Shown: positions 35,286 to 48,605 of the stretch, piece after piece | How positions within the stretch are numbered: the first letter of the stretch is position 1 | Layout: every line of letters begins with the position of its first letter | Source of the DNA: the human T2T-CHM13v2.0 reference genome, Homo sapiens | NCBI RefSeq assembly: GCF_009914755.1 | Contig: NC_060926.1 | DNA: 64,000 nt | Strand: one strand, 5' to 3' | Notes under the pieces: generated by a model | Database searches by the model: none | The model's input: the letters and a program-made list of their open reading frames with translations, nothing else | What the model was told of the DNA's origin: nothing | Made by a program: the position numbers and the translations under genes

Positions 35286-38200
35286 GACTATGTCACTTGC
35301 CAAGTGAGGTTTTTCAGACATTGAACACTAGTGTTTCTAGAAGAGGGAAGAATCACTCTAGGCTGAAGGGGAGAAGAATTGATTAGAGAGGAGGAGATAC
35401 CTGACTTGGATACTGTAGATTTGCAGGATTTATAGCTATGGAAAGAAGGATGATGAGTTTCTTTCAGGTAAGGAAGTATTTGGCAATTAAATGATCTAAT
35501 CCATTTTGGCACCAAACCAGACATTCAAGTATAGGTGAATCCTTTAACCTTAGTCTCCACTTTTGGTCTTGGAGGCAAAACTACTTGCCATTCTAAAGTA
35601 GAGGTAAATCTACTTGCCATTCTAAATCTGTGGTTCTTAAAGCTGTTTTTTGTTTTGTATTTTTCCTGATCAGAGAACTTTGTTATGTCACTCACCATAA
35701 CAAAAGCAGCATCAGAGAAATCTTGTTTAAATAACTGCCTCTTTCTCTACAATATGAGAAGGGGGAAAACATTTTTTCCCTTCACTGGCAAAGAAGATGG
35801 TTATGGCTGATTAATCAGGCCATTAGATACAGTTTTGCTGCATTCAGTAGAAGCCATGATGAGAATTTAGCTTGAATATTCATGTTATAAGTGCTACATG
35901 AGTTTGGAATGCTTATAGATTTGCAAAATTTGAGAGCTAAAAAGGACCTTAGAGATCACTGAGATTCTGCAGCCCATCCTCCCTAGCATTTATCATTTTA
36001 CAGCTTAAAATGCCAGGACCCAGAGTAGTAAAGTGATTGGTTTATGGTTACATTGGTAGCTGGTGGGCAAACAGATTATCAACCCCACCCTTGTGATTCT
36101 CCGTCCAGCGGTCTTTTTATTGAACCTTAGTGAGCTTCATGCATTTGGTCATGTTACATAAGCAGAAAGAAAATCTGGAAGCAATGACTAGGCATACTCA
36201 TAGAAGAAACCCCATCATCATTTTCAAAGTCGCAGTGGTGAAAGTGAGAAATACATATTGAGGGAACTTGCTGGCATTTGAAAGGGAATAAAGCAGTATT
36301 TGTAAGCCCTTCTAAGAGTAGGTAGAGTACAAATTAGGGAAAGTGGATGCTATTGTTTTACTACCTCTATATATTTTCTACATTATCCAAAAACTGCCAT
36401 GCTGAAATAATAACACACTGCTATAATTTTGTATCATTTAACTGGCAGTACACAGTACATGGAGATTTATTATTTTTACTAATGAGTTTAGCTTTGCTGT
36501 TGCAAATAGTGTCAAATGTCATTCTTTTCATCCTCCAGCAGATGGCAACTCTAGTCTTCTTGTCATTTTATCTATTTCTATACTTAGAAGATGTTGTCCT
36601 CTGCCATCCCTGCCCCCCTTGCCTCTCCCTGAGAAGTTCATCTTTATGTACTGCTCAGGGTGATATGGGTAAGTGGATCCATCCCTCTGCCAATGGAATC
36701 AACTCCATTAGCATCTGACTGTGAAGGCCAATCTAAGTGTGCCTAGAAATAACAAAATCACAAATTAGCCAATAGTTCTAATTTTTTTTTAAAAAAAGAG
36801 AGGGGGAGAAGATAGAGATTCTAAAATAAGATGTACCACAGAAAACTTTCCATTTAAGGAAAAAAATCTTCAAAAGAAACAAAATGTCAGTTTCTCCAGC
36901 TCTAGCTTTAAAGGAAGATGGGTTTGATTAGATTATCTGAGTTACTGGCTAAAAAAAAAGAGCAGTGTCAGATTTCTCATACACTGTGATTTTTGGTCTC
37001 TCTGCTGTCTCTTCTCTTCCATCCCTCCTTCCCTTTTACACACTTTTTCTCAGTTGTCAAAAGTACTGTGCCTAGCCCCCTAATTTATTTGCTTTTTAGA
37101 AACCTGGTTTCTCTCTCTAGGTGTGTTCCTAAGGCACTACCGCTGATGACATTTATTTTCTCTCCTCCCAGTCTTTGCTCCCACCACTCCCACCCCTTCT
37201 CCTACCAGCTAGATCCTCATAACTCCTACAGGATTGCAGAAGTTCAAACACATGCTGTTCTCTGAGTGTAACTCTGAGGGCAGCTGTAAGAAATCAACAG
37301 AAAAGAATAGCTGCTACTCTTTTATTAAAGGAAAAGTTAATGATCACAGGCATGAGCAAGTGGATTCTGTCACCAATTCCTCATTGTAAGGCTTCCTACA
37401 GATTTGCAAACAGATCTCCTGCCTAGAGGCACTTGCTTGCATCAGGAAGGCCTGAGCAGGGACATGGGACGGACACAGGATGGGAATGGATTTGGTGGTC
37501 TGCAAATGCTACGTGGAGGGAACTCTTGCTAACTCATCCTGTTCCAAAGAACCTAACCATCATGTCTTCTTCAAAGTTGAAGAGCTGTTACCTTGATATA
37601 CCAACAACTAGACAGAGGCTAAAGTGTGGAGCAAGGAAACAGTAACAGTAACATACCTCTTATTTAAGACAAAAAAAAAAGCAAAGTTGGCTTTAGTGAG
37701 TATGAGTTTCTTGATTATTACTGTCATCATGTGAAAATGTGAGCTGACGCTGCAAATACAATCCTTGGAAACAACGAGGACGTGTGGAAATCTAAGTATG
37801 TTATCATTCACTGACAACCACTAATGAAGACAGGGGAGCTTACTTCAAACCCACAAATAATTAGCACTGACAATAGAAGTATAAACAGAGCTTTATTTAA
37901 TTAATTCCCTAATTGTTCTTTCCTGCTTTACTATCTGCACCCCTGCTTTGACTTTAGATATAACATATGCCCAAGACTTCCTTCTTTCAACTTTGTGATA
38001 ATCATGTATCCGTTTGCTCAGTGTGGGAAACCATCTGAGCTAGAATTCCTTTCCCTGCTTTATATGTATAAATGTTTTTTTATTTTTTATGTTACTTTCT
38101 CTGTTTTCCCACAATTCGGATGCCTGGAAATGTTGACTTATTAACATGGATGGCTTATCTAGCACTCTGTTAGATGTATTTCACAGTTAATATGAAATGA

Positions 38201-38429
38201 GAAGTGAACAGTTGATGATTCTGGAGTGATGAGGAGAGCTCTCTGGATTCTCCATTCTGTTCTTTACAGCAACAAACTCTTTGTCCCTGTCTCCTCGCTC
38301 ACCCACATTCTAATCCCAGCAATCAGAGAGCAGATGGACTGCTTTTTTGGGTTTTGTCATTATCTGTCTTTGTCAGGGAAGCATGATCAGTTCCTCATTA
38401 AAGGGCCGATAACAACTCCTTCTTTGCTC

Positions 38430-39934
38430 TGTCCTGAATGAGGAAGCTGCATTGGAACCTTTCATGTGGTGACTTCAAGTTGTGTGAGGTAAAAAGGCAT
38501 GTTTGTGTGTGGCAGGAAAGTGACTCTCCATAGGGGAATGGCTAGGCTGAGGGGCCAGACTGAGGGACCTACTGAGAGGAAGGACAGTGTAGAGGGGAAT
38601 AGATTTGGAGCAGTCATCTGGAGCAGCAGGTAGTCCAGAGAGTCAGCCCTAGTGGCTGGAGTGGGTCAGCCCTGATCCTCTTACAGAGACTGTAGACTCT
38701 TTCTCAAGTGGCTTTGCTGGTTATGGGCAGCCTCAGCTCACAAAAGTTGATTACAGCCAGAAGTTAAATCAGAGGCTGCTTAGGAATCTTGCCTGTGAAA
38801 AGGGCTAAATGGTGTGTGAATGTATTTGTGCATGTTGTGTATGTTTGATGACAGTCATGCTTCCATTATTGACAGGATATGTTCTGAGAAATGCGTTTTC
38901 ATTGTTGGTCGAACATCGTAGAATGTACTTATACAAACCTAGATGGTATGTATTTTTTTATTTATATACATTTTTCATATGGAAAACTAAATGTCCCAGC
39001 ACCATTACGGAATATAAGTCATTTTCGCTACTTGATCTGCAATGCCAATATGAAGGACCATGTATCAGGTTTCTATATATGTTCCATTACAGTCTTATGG
39101 GATTATGGTCATATATGCAGTCCACCATTGGCCAAAATGCCATTATGGAGTGTCATTATGACTGTATAAGTTTATATGTAAGTTTGTACAGTGCAGTTGG
39201 TATTCCTTTTGATTACTTTTTGTATAATATTTACTAAAAATATTTGCAGAAAGTTCCCGAGAATCACACAAACTCTGTTTGCCCCTGTCCATGTGATGTG
39301 AAGCAGGTATCAGCTGACTTCCTTTCAACCTTTATTTGATTGGTATTTGCTGGATCATTTGGGTGAATAACCAGCCTGGTGTTCATGGAAAAATATGCAA
39401 CAAGGAGTTCCTGCTTGGAGAAGTAATGTTTTGTTTGAGGAAACAAGATGTCTGTTATAAACACTTAGAGAAAATTCTCATATTATGTAGAAGTAAATGA
39501 AACAGTGTGGTAAAGACTGAGAGGAGATGGAGAATGATCCCATTGCACCAGGTTGCTCTCATTTTCTCTCTCTTAATGAATGGAAAGGTTGTATAGATTA
39601 TTTCAGACTTAAAGAATGTGTAGTTTTGGTCAAAGAGCAGACACATGGGAATAAGGAAGTCATCCTGTGGTCACAGAGGATGTAGGGAACAGGTTGGCCA
39701 GACTGAAACGGAAGGGCTGTGTTAGGATGCGGTGGGAAGTAAGGAGAATACCTACCTTAACAAGTCAGGACAGGGTGTGCCTCCAGATACATTTGCACTT
39801 CCCTCCTGAGAGCTTTTCTTTGTCCTGAATGAGGAAGCAACATTGGAACCTTTGATGTGGTGACTTCAAGTTGTGTGAGGTAAAAGGGCATGTTTGTGTG
39901 CGGCAGGAAAGTGACTGTCCATAGGGGAATGGCT
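38430..39934 (+). repeat. 114-bp dispersed direct duplication (38430-38543 and 39821-39934)
   Basis: 108 of 114 bases identical by manual alignment. Confidence 0.92.
38852..39164. mobile_element. Tigger3-family (TcMar) non-autonomous DNA transposon
   Basis: TIRs cagtcat...atgactg followed by TA, with internal gttctgagaaatgcg...tacaaacctagatggta. Confidence 0.8.
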
Positions 39935-42900
39935 CAGTATGTATGTTCCCTAGCCACAAGCTTCGGTTTTGTATTCGACTGTACCTGCCTAGATATAGAT
40001 CCACTCTGGAAACCCAGGGAAACTTTTCAATCTTCTTGTTAAAGCTGAGGATTGATTAGCAAGCATGACCTCCCACCTGTTATAACTGGCTTATGGCTCT
40101 TCCGAAGTACCCACTGGCATTTTCAAGGTGCCCTGCACCCCTTCCTGCCATGTCCTTCTATGGAACACTTCCTTCAACTCCTTGAGTCTGGTCCCTTCCT
40201 ACCAGAACCAAATAATTGTCAAACTTCTTCATTTGTTTGGATTTTCCACTCTAAGCTCTTCTTCTGGCCTTTCCACCAGTGGTCTTACACTAGCAGTTAA
40301 TTTGCTCGGAATTCATTGTGGAGCTATCTTGTGCCAAGCAAGGTGCCAAAGGTTTTACATATGTTCACTTTCTTAGTCTTCCTAATAATCCTTTAAAGTG
40401 GATCTACTTAACAGTACCTGCTGAGCGTCAATTACATGACAAAGCATTTGGGGATAAAACAGGAAAAAATAAAGGCAGAGGCCATGCCCACAGATAACTT
40501 GTACTTAGCTAAGAGACTACTTCTAGTGGGAGAGATTAAGCCCTGAGGAGGTTATAAGATTTGTCCTGGATCTGAAATTTGAATCTAGGTCTTTCTGACC
40601 CCAAAGTCATTAATTTCCCAACTGCATCTACTTTTTTCTTTTTTTTTTTTTGCAATTGAAATTAATTTAAAATAAATTATTCTTAGCCATTGTTCATTTG
40701 AAGGCAAGCTGACAATCAGGCCGTTTAAGCCAGAGTGAGTCTTATGTGACAAATTATCACATAAAGTAATGAAGTCTTTTCTGGACTCTATGCTCTGCTG
40801 TGGGTGGAGTGTTAAGCCCTTCAGAAGCTGCCTTCCAGGGTCTCCACAGGTCCAGGGGTCCATTGCCACCAAGAGTCTTGTTGTTCATTATTGCGTTTAC
40901 TACTATAGCAACGGCTCCACCAGTGTCTTTATTAAAACTTGCTCCAGGCTAGAATTTTCCCCCGGGGTCAGTAATGAGTTTAGAGGAATGGATGTGGAAA
41001 TGAGATTTGTTCTCACCAGTGGAGTGAATTATGTCTTGTTGGGGCCCCCAGGCTAATATTTCAGATTTGCCACAAGGTACTTCATCAAAAATTCTATTTT
41101 GGTTCCAAAAGGACCATGCATGCCTATTAGCAAATTCAGAGCATGCCTTTAAACTGTATGTTTTTTTTTTTTTTTTTTCCTTCCCCGGCTGCATCCACTA
41201 AAGGCTTTCAGAATTAGCAGTTTGTGAGAACAGTCCATTTCCACGGGCCAGTGAATGGTGCAAAGAAGAAGTGCAGCCCTTTTATCTAACAAGGCTGAGT
41301 CTGCCACAACTGAGGTGAATCAAAGGCAGAGCAGCCACGACTGTGTCAGCACATTAGGTATTCGTTATCACATCGGGCATGCGGTACCACGCCAGACATA
41401 CTCATGTGGCAGGATTTGTGTTTGCTGTCTCTCAAATTCTCTTGCCTCCGTTTGATTGCCAGGGCTCATTTTAATGCCATCCAAGCGTATGGGTTTAAAT
41501 ACTCTCCAATTCAGCCTGGTGTGTTTGACATCTAGTTCAACATTCCAAAGAAACTGATTGCAGAGATAAGTCGATTGGGAAATAGGGTTGCACATCAAAG
41601 CACTACCTTTCCAGTAACAGAGATGCTCAGAAGGCCTAGCTTATTGGAGAGGACCATAATTGCTGGTTGTCTTTACAAGTGTTCTCTGTGGTGGGAAATG
41701 GGGAGAAAGCATCTCTTGCATGATGCCCACTATGCTCACATCCTCTCTCCCTCCCTTCACTACTTCTGCTATCTCCCAGATAAAGGGTTATATTCCCGAG
41801 CAATGATGACCAACTACTTTTCGCTAGCAAAAACCAAAAGGGCAGGGTGATCTCCACCCGATGACAGATAAAAGATGGATTGGCTTGAGAAAAGAGTGAG
41901 GGTCCCCACTTTTTCTTCCCAATCCCCATTACATTCATAGCCTTAAGAACTGCTCCCCTCCAGAATCTTGGCTATGATTGTCATAACTTACACCTTGTCT
42001 CGATCTGGGAAAAAATAATAAAATGACTCCATTGATGCTACTCCAATCCTTCTGCTTGTTGTGTCAAATTTTCTTTCATTTTGTAAGCTGTGCATTTGGG
42101 CAGATGCTATCCTCCACTGGAGGTACCATTCCCGTGCAGGAGTAAGGTTTCTGTTGGACAGGAGTCCTCTTGGCAGAACACATTTAATGGAGTGCCTTTT
42201 AGTGAGGGTCTCCAGCCTTGGTCTAATTGCTCTATAATGAAACAAGCAGGAATGACACTGTCCTTCTCACTTACATGTCTTAGTTTACTTTTGGAAATTA
42301 TTGTGTGCATTGAACAGTGTTTCTCCTTAAACAAACAAACTCACTCACTGTTTCTATGACCAGTGTAGAGTTCCAGATACTGTTGAACAGGCATTACTAT
42401 ATTAAGTCCTGTGCACATCATCAGCACTGTAAATTGGCCCTCACCTCCCATGAAGCTGGCAGCCTCTGGATCTTTGGGTTGTCTGTTTTTACTGGCTGTT
42501 AATTGTTAATAGATTTTCAGGTGTAGGTCATGCTGTGTAGGCATCAATCCTTAATTTAGGAAGGTCTGCGGCTGTCCATGATTGTGAAAAGGCAAGTGAT
42601 AAACAAAAACTGGAGAAATCTCAGCATCCTCACTAAAAATGTCAAGCCCAGTAATGCTTCTGGTAGCAAAAGCAAAATTTATTAGTGAGAGAACAAACTT
42701 GCCTAATAAAAAAGGAGAGTTAAAGAGGGAAAGCAGAGAAGGAAGGAAGGCCCCAGAAGAAGGTTGACGAAAGAGAAAACATTTAAGAAATCAAAGCCAT
42801 TTTAGAAAGACGAGTTAGAGAGCAGGCATGGTATGATCTTAGATATCTTCCTTGTTCTTGAGACAAGAAGAAAAGGAAGGCATTTAGCGTGAGCTTTTAA

Positions 42901-42972
42901 GTAATTCTGCTTGGAAAAATGTATGATAAGAGGCCTTGCTATCCTCCATCTCAGGGGAATGAATATACTGGT

Positions 42973-43280
42973 CCAGGGTTCAGTGGCCCTAAAGCCAAAT
43001 TCAGCTGCTGCCTGTTTTTATAGGGCCTGCAAGATAAGAATGAGTTTATGTTTTTAAATGGCTGGAAATAAACCAAAAGAAGAATAATATTTTGCGACAT
43101 TTGAAAATTATATAAAATTCAGATTTTAGTATCCATACACAAAGTTTCGTTGGAACACAGCCATACCTATTTGTTTACATATTTTCTATGACTGTCTATT
43201 CATTAAAATAGAAGAGCAGATTCCTTGCAACAGAGACTGCAGAGCCTAAAATATTTACTATTAATATCAGCCCTTTACAG
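42973..43280. mobile_element. MER58B-like (hAT-Charlie)
   Basis: ccaggg...gccaaattcagctgctgcctgtttt...ttggaacacagccat...gccctttacaggaaaagttttcggatccctg. Confidence 0.8.
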
Positions 43281-43754
43281 GAAAAGTTTTCGGATCCCTG
43301 TATTGGTCTATTGACTCAGAGTAACTAGGAATTAGTTACTAAAGGCTGTCACCTTTCCACCGGTCTGTCTAACCCTCCTTCATCTAGTCTTCCCTTAGCA
43401 GAAGGTAATCCCCTTACCTACTTACCCATTTACTCACCTACTTCCAAGAGTTTCCAAGGGCTTATCTCATGGTGGATCCTGCGTTGGGCTTTGTGGGTGA
43501 TTGAAGAGATGAATTCAATCTGGTGTCTGCTCTAGAGTACTTATAGTTTGTTTAGAGAGCATGTGAGGAAGAGCAAGATAAATGATGGAGATAAATAAGA
43601 GATATGCATGATCAAAATACTTGGTAGAGTGACACATTCGTATAAGAGGATTTCAGGAAAACTGACATGAGATTCTGAATCTCCTTCAGATTCCTTTTAC
43701 CTGCATAATACCATTGGTCAGTGAGTTGCTCAGACCAGAAAGCCAGCCACCACC

Positions 43755-44061
43755 TTTTTTTTCTTCTTTTTTCTGGGGGAGGTGGTGGGGGGGATGGAGT
43801 CTTGCTGTGTCCCACAGGCAGTAGCGTGATCCCGGCTCCCTGCAATCTCTGCCTCCTGGATTCAACAATTCTCCTGCCTCAGACTCTGAGTGGCTGGGAT
43901 TGCAGGTGCGCACCATCATGCCCAGCTAATTTTTGTATTTTTACTAGAGACGGGTTTCGCCATGTTGGCCAGTCTGGTCTCAAACTCCTGGCCTCAAGTG
44001 ATCCGCCTGTCTCAGCCTCCCAAAGTGCTGGGATTATAGGCGCGAGCCACCACACCCGGCC
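43755..44061 (-). mobile_element. Old Alu (AluJ/S)
   Basis: Antisense Alu consensus ending ...gagccaccacacccggcc, with a degraded T-rich tail. Confidence 0.9.
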
Positions 44062-44582
44062 TAGCCACTGTCTTTGACACCCAGTCACCTGCTGCCTCTG
44101 CTTGCACTGCAGTGCTCCCTGCACAGTGTTGCACGTCAAAGGCACTCTCCAGGGTTATGCTTAGCCCATGTGGCCAACTGTGGCAGCCTTGCCTTTCCAA
44201 CTCCCTGGACCTTTCTGCTGTCAGAATGAATTATGTCATTTCTTCCTTTTGAAGAATATCTTTTGAATTGTCAGTTTAGCTCCATTTCTGATGCTTCCTC
44301 CCTAATCTAGGCCACTGTTATCTCTGGCCTGGATCTCAGCTAAAGCAATGGATCTTTCTCGTCCACTCTTGCATCTGTTCTGTTTAAAATTCACATATAA
44401 TCATGCTACTTCTCTGTGTATGATGAGTCTCACTTTTCCCATATTTCTTATGAAAATATCCCAAATCTGGGCATATCTCTTGAGACCTTGAACAATCAGC
44501 TTTTGAGACCTCAGAGCCTCATTTGCATGACTCTCCCCTTAATTCCTTTCTTCTGGCCATGTGGCCATCTTACAGTTTCTGT

Positions 44583-44716
44583 AGGGTGAATATGTAATTC
44601 ATTTTTCAAAAACAAGACACTTGTGAGAATGAAAGGAGGCACTATTAATAATGATGCCATGGCAACAGGCTATAATCAGGACAGTCCCAGGCAAACCAAG
44701 ATATAAAGTCACCCTA
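44583..44716. mobile_element. MER94-like (hAT-Blackjack) MITE within L2
   Basis: TIRs tagggtga...tcacccta, with internal gaaaggaggcactattaataat. Confidence 0.7.
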
Positions 44717-44931
44717 CATTTCTCAGACATCCCACACTCTTTCTAACATAGAGTCTTTGAATGTGATTATTTTTCCTTATTTGTGATTGCTTTGCCCTTC
44801 TTTACCTATCAGTTTTTCTCTGACTTCAGAGGGTGAGTGAAATCCTCTCTTGATACACAATCAGAGCACCTTCACTCCTTCTAATAATTATAATTGAATT
44901 GCAACTGATGTAATTGTTTATGTGTCCAACT

Positions 44932-45025
44932 AGCATGACCAATCCTCTTGGTCTGCCCAGGACCGAGGGAGTTGCAGGGACATGAGATTTTAATGTTAAA
45001 ACCAGGAATGTCCCAGATCAGCACG
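44932..45025. mobile_element. MER81-like (hAT-Blackjack) fragment
   Basis: tgaccaatcctcttggtctgcccaggaccgagggagtt...aaaaccaggaatgtccca. Confidence 0.55.
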
Positions 45026-46202
45026 TGAGAATATCATTCCCTCAAAGGCAAGGACCAGATTTGTCTTGTTTCCCACTGTAACTGCAGAACATAGAGTAGT
45101 TCCCAATAAGTTATAGGTGCTCAAAAGACTTTAGTTGGTTGAATGAATTAAGAAAGAAAGGAGTACAATGACAGAGAGGTGACTTTCAGATGGGTTAATC
45201 AGGGATGCTTTGCATATAAGGTTCCATCTCAGCTTAAAGGATGAGTTACAGTTTCAGTATGAGGTTAGGAAAAGAATATTGTAGACAGGGAGAAAACTTT
45301 CATTAGAGCCCGTCCTCTTTTCCCACTACTAAGTGCCACCTGGAAAGGATGTGGAGGGTCTTAACAATGTGATGTAAATGGCTGCTACAGTTGAATGTGT
45401 TACCTACTCCAGGAGTAGTTGCATTTTTAATAAAAAATAGAACCTCCAGTCAAATGATCATCTCATAATGGCAGACGTTTTGAACTGGGGATGGAGAATA
45501 TAGTTTGAGGGTAAGAAAGAGGAGTGAGGAGGAAGGCCTACCTTCAGACTGGCCCCAAATGCCTTATCCTGTAGGTAGCTTCCACTCTGCCTGGGGTCAG
45601 ACCACAGGGCTGTGGGGTCTGAAAGTACAGCGCAGTGTACAATCACATCAAAATAGTTTGGGTAGAGCACCATGGGACAGCAGTCTAATTGTTTTTTCTC
45701 AAATTTTCCAGACCAATTGGTCTGGGAGAGGTTATTCCTGCCTACTGTATTTCTGGCATCAGTACTTGGCACCAGATGAGAAGTTTGCACTGGGAGAGAT
45801 GACACAATCAGAAAGGCACATTAGAGCTTTCCAATTGGTAAAATGTTGAATAACAGAATTTTCAGTGTTTCCTTTAGACTATATAAATTCCACAAGTGAG
45901 AGTTCCCAATTCCTGTGAATTGAAGGCTTCTGACCATTTGATCCATATTTGTTTCTGAAAATAATAGGTTATTAGACACAAAAATGCATTTGAGATTCTT
46001 ATTTTGTAGCTGGGGAAACCAAGACCCAGAAAAGTTAAGAGTTGACCACATTGTACAGCTTGTTCATGCCACACTGGGACCAGGACTCAACTCTCCCAAT
46101 TCCAAATGCTGTGTCTCCCCTTCTATACCTGCATTTTATTATGAAAACTTTTTAATGTACAGAAAAATTGAAGAAATTGTATAGTGCACACCCATGTACT
46201 CA

Positions 46203-46536
46203 TGTCTTAGTTCATTTTTGCTGCAATAACAGACTACCTTAGACTGGCTGACTTAAAAGCAAAAGAAATTTATTTCTCATGATTCTGAAGGCTGGGAAGT
46301 CCAAGATTAGGGCTCCAGCATATTCAGTGTCTGGTGAGGGTTCGTTCCTCATAGATGTCACCTTCTCACCATATTCTTATAGGGTGAAGGGGGCAAAGCA
46401 GCTCTTTGGGGCCCCTTTTATAAGGATCCTAATTCTACTCGTGAGGGCTCTGAGGCCTCATCTCCAAGTACCCTCACACTGGGGATTGGGTTTTAACATA
46501 TGAATTTAGGGGGACGTAAGCATTCAGATTATAGCA
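46203..46536 (-). mobile_element. MaLR LTR, MLT1A-like, nested in an L1M fragment (about 46135-46760)
   Basis: tgtcttagttcatttttgctgcaataacagactacc...cattcagattatagca. L1M-like sequence resumes on both sides. Confidence 0.8.
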
Positions 46537-47212
46537 ACCCGCCCCCTCAATTTTACAATTACAATTTTGCTATACTTGCTTTATCAGATATCTGTCCATC
46601 CTATTTTTGAAGCATTTCAAAAGAATTGCAGACATTACTACACTTCACCTTATGCAGATTATTATCCAAAGTTTGATATTTGCTTATCTTTTTAGGTAAA
46701 ATTTATACACAATGAATGAGTTTTGACAAATGCTTGCATCTATGCATCTCAAACCCCTATATAGTACTTTGAGTTTTCCATTTTAAAAATTTCAAAACAT
46801 GCTACATTTTACTTAAACAATCATCTTAAAATTGTTTGCTGTTGAAGATGTACTTGTTTATATAGAAAACATTTTCACAGGAAACAGATTTGTGTAACAT
46901 TAGACTATAGTTTTAAAAGCAGGTTCCGTAAGGTGCTCTGTTCAAATACTTAAGAAGTGACTCTATGCAAGTTTTAATTCATGCAAGATGAAGTCTCAAA
47001 GTCAAGGAAATGCACTCATGTGGGAAAGAAGTGGAGATATTCAAAGGGGATACATGAGGGATACAAAACCTTATAGAAAATTGAGCATTGTTCCCAGCCC
47101 ATTGCTGACTTGGGCCTCCTCACTCCTCCATCTCCACACTCTGCATCTCAAAAAGGCAAATTACCTGGAAATGTTCAACTGGGTGGGGTGTGGGCATAAG
47201 AAAATGAGACAG

Positions 47213-47628
<416 letters not shown>

Positions 47629-48104
47629 CTATGGAAACTAATCAGAAAAGCTAGAGCAGTTTTGAGAGGCAGATGCAGAAGAACGATACTCCACACTCCC
47701 TTCACAAGCTCCCCTTCCCACACATGCTGCAGGGTGTGTGAGTGCACACACACAAATACACACACACACCCCTCTCCTGATTGTACCAAGGAGCCAAAAA
47801 CAACTGACTTCTCATGGATGAAACTGTGGGTGACTAGTGGTTCAGTACTGGCTTCAGGCATGATGGATTCTCCCTGGGGAATGCGCACCCAACAACTGGG
47901 AGACACTTCAAGCACCTTAACTGCCAATGTTTTATGTCAAAAGGTAGAGACAAGTCATAGGAGGACTTGCTGCAGCCCCTTATAGTAAGCGAATTGACCC
48001 CACCATGGGAAGTGGGCTGGTCCAGAGGATAGTAGCAAGCCCAAGGCTGCCAAAGGCCTGCTCCCCAGGTGGCTTCCTAGAGCGGAATGTATGGGCAGCA
48101 GTAA

Positions 48105-48605
<501 letters not shown>

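Larger units (their letters stand above)
44280..45150 (+). mobile_element. L2 fragment interrupted by hAT MITEs
   Basis: L2-like body ending taggtgctcaaaagactttagttggttgaatgaatt. Confidence 0.6.

Noticed and set aside
35581-35626. 17-bp direct repeat CTACTTGCCATTCTAAA with a 12-bp spacer
   Set aside because: Likely a small repair scar, too short to support a functional claim.
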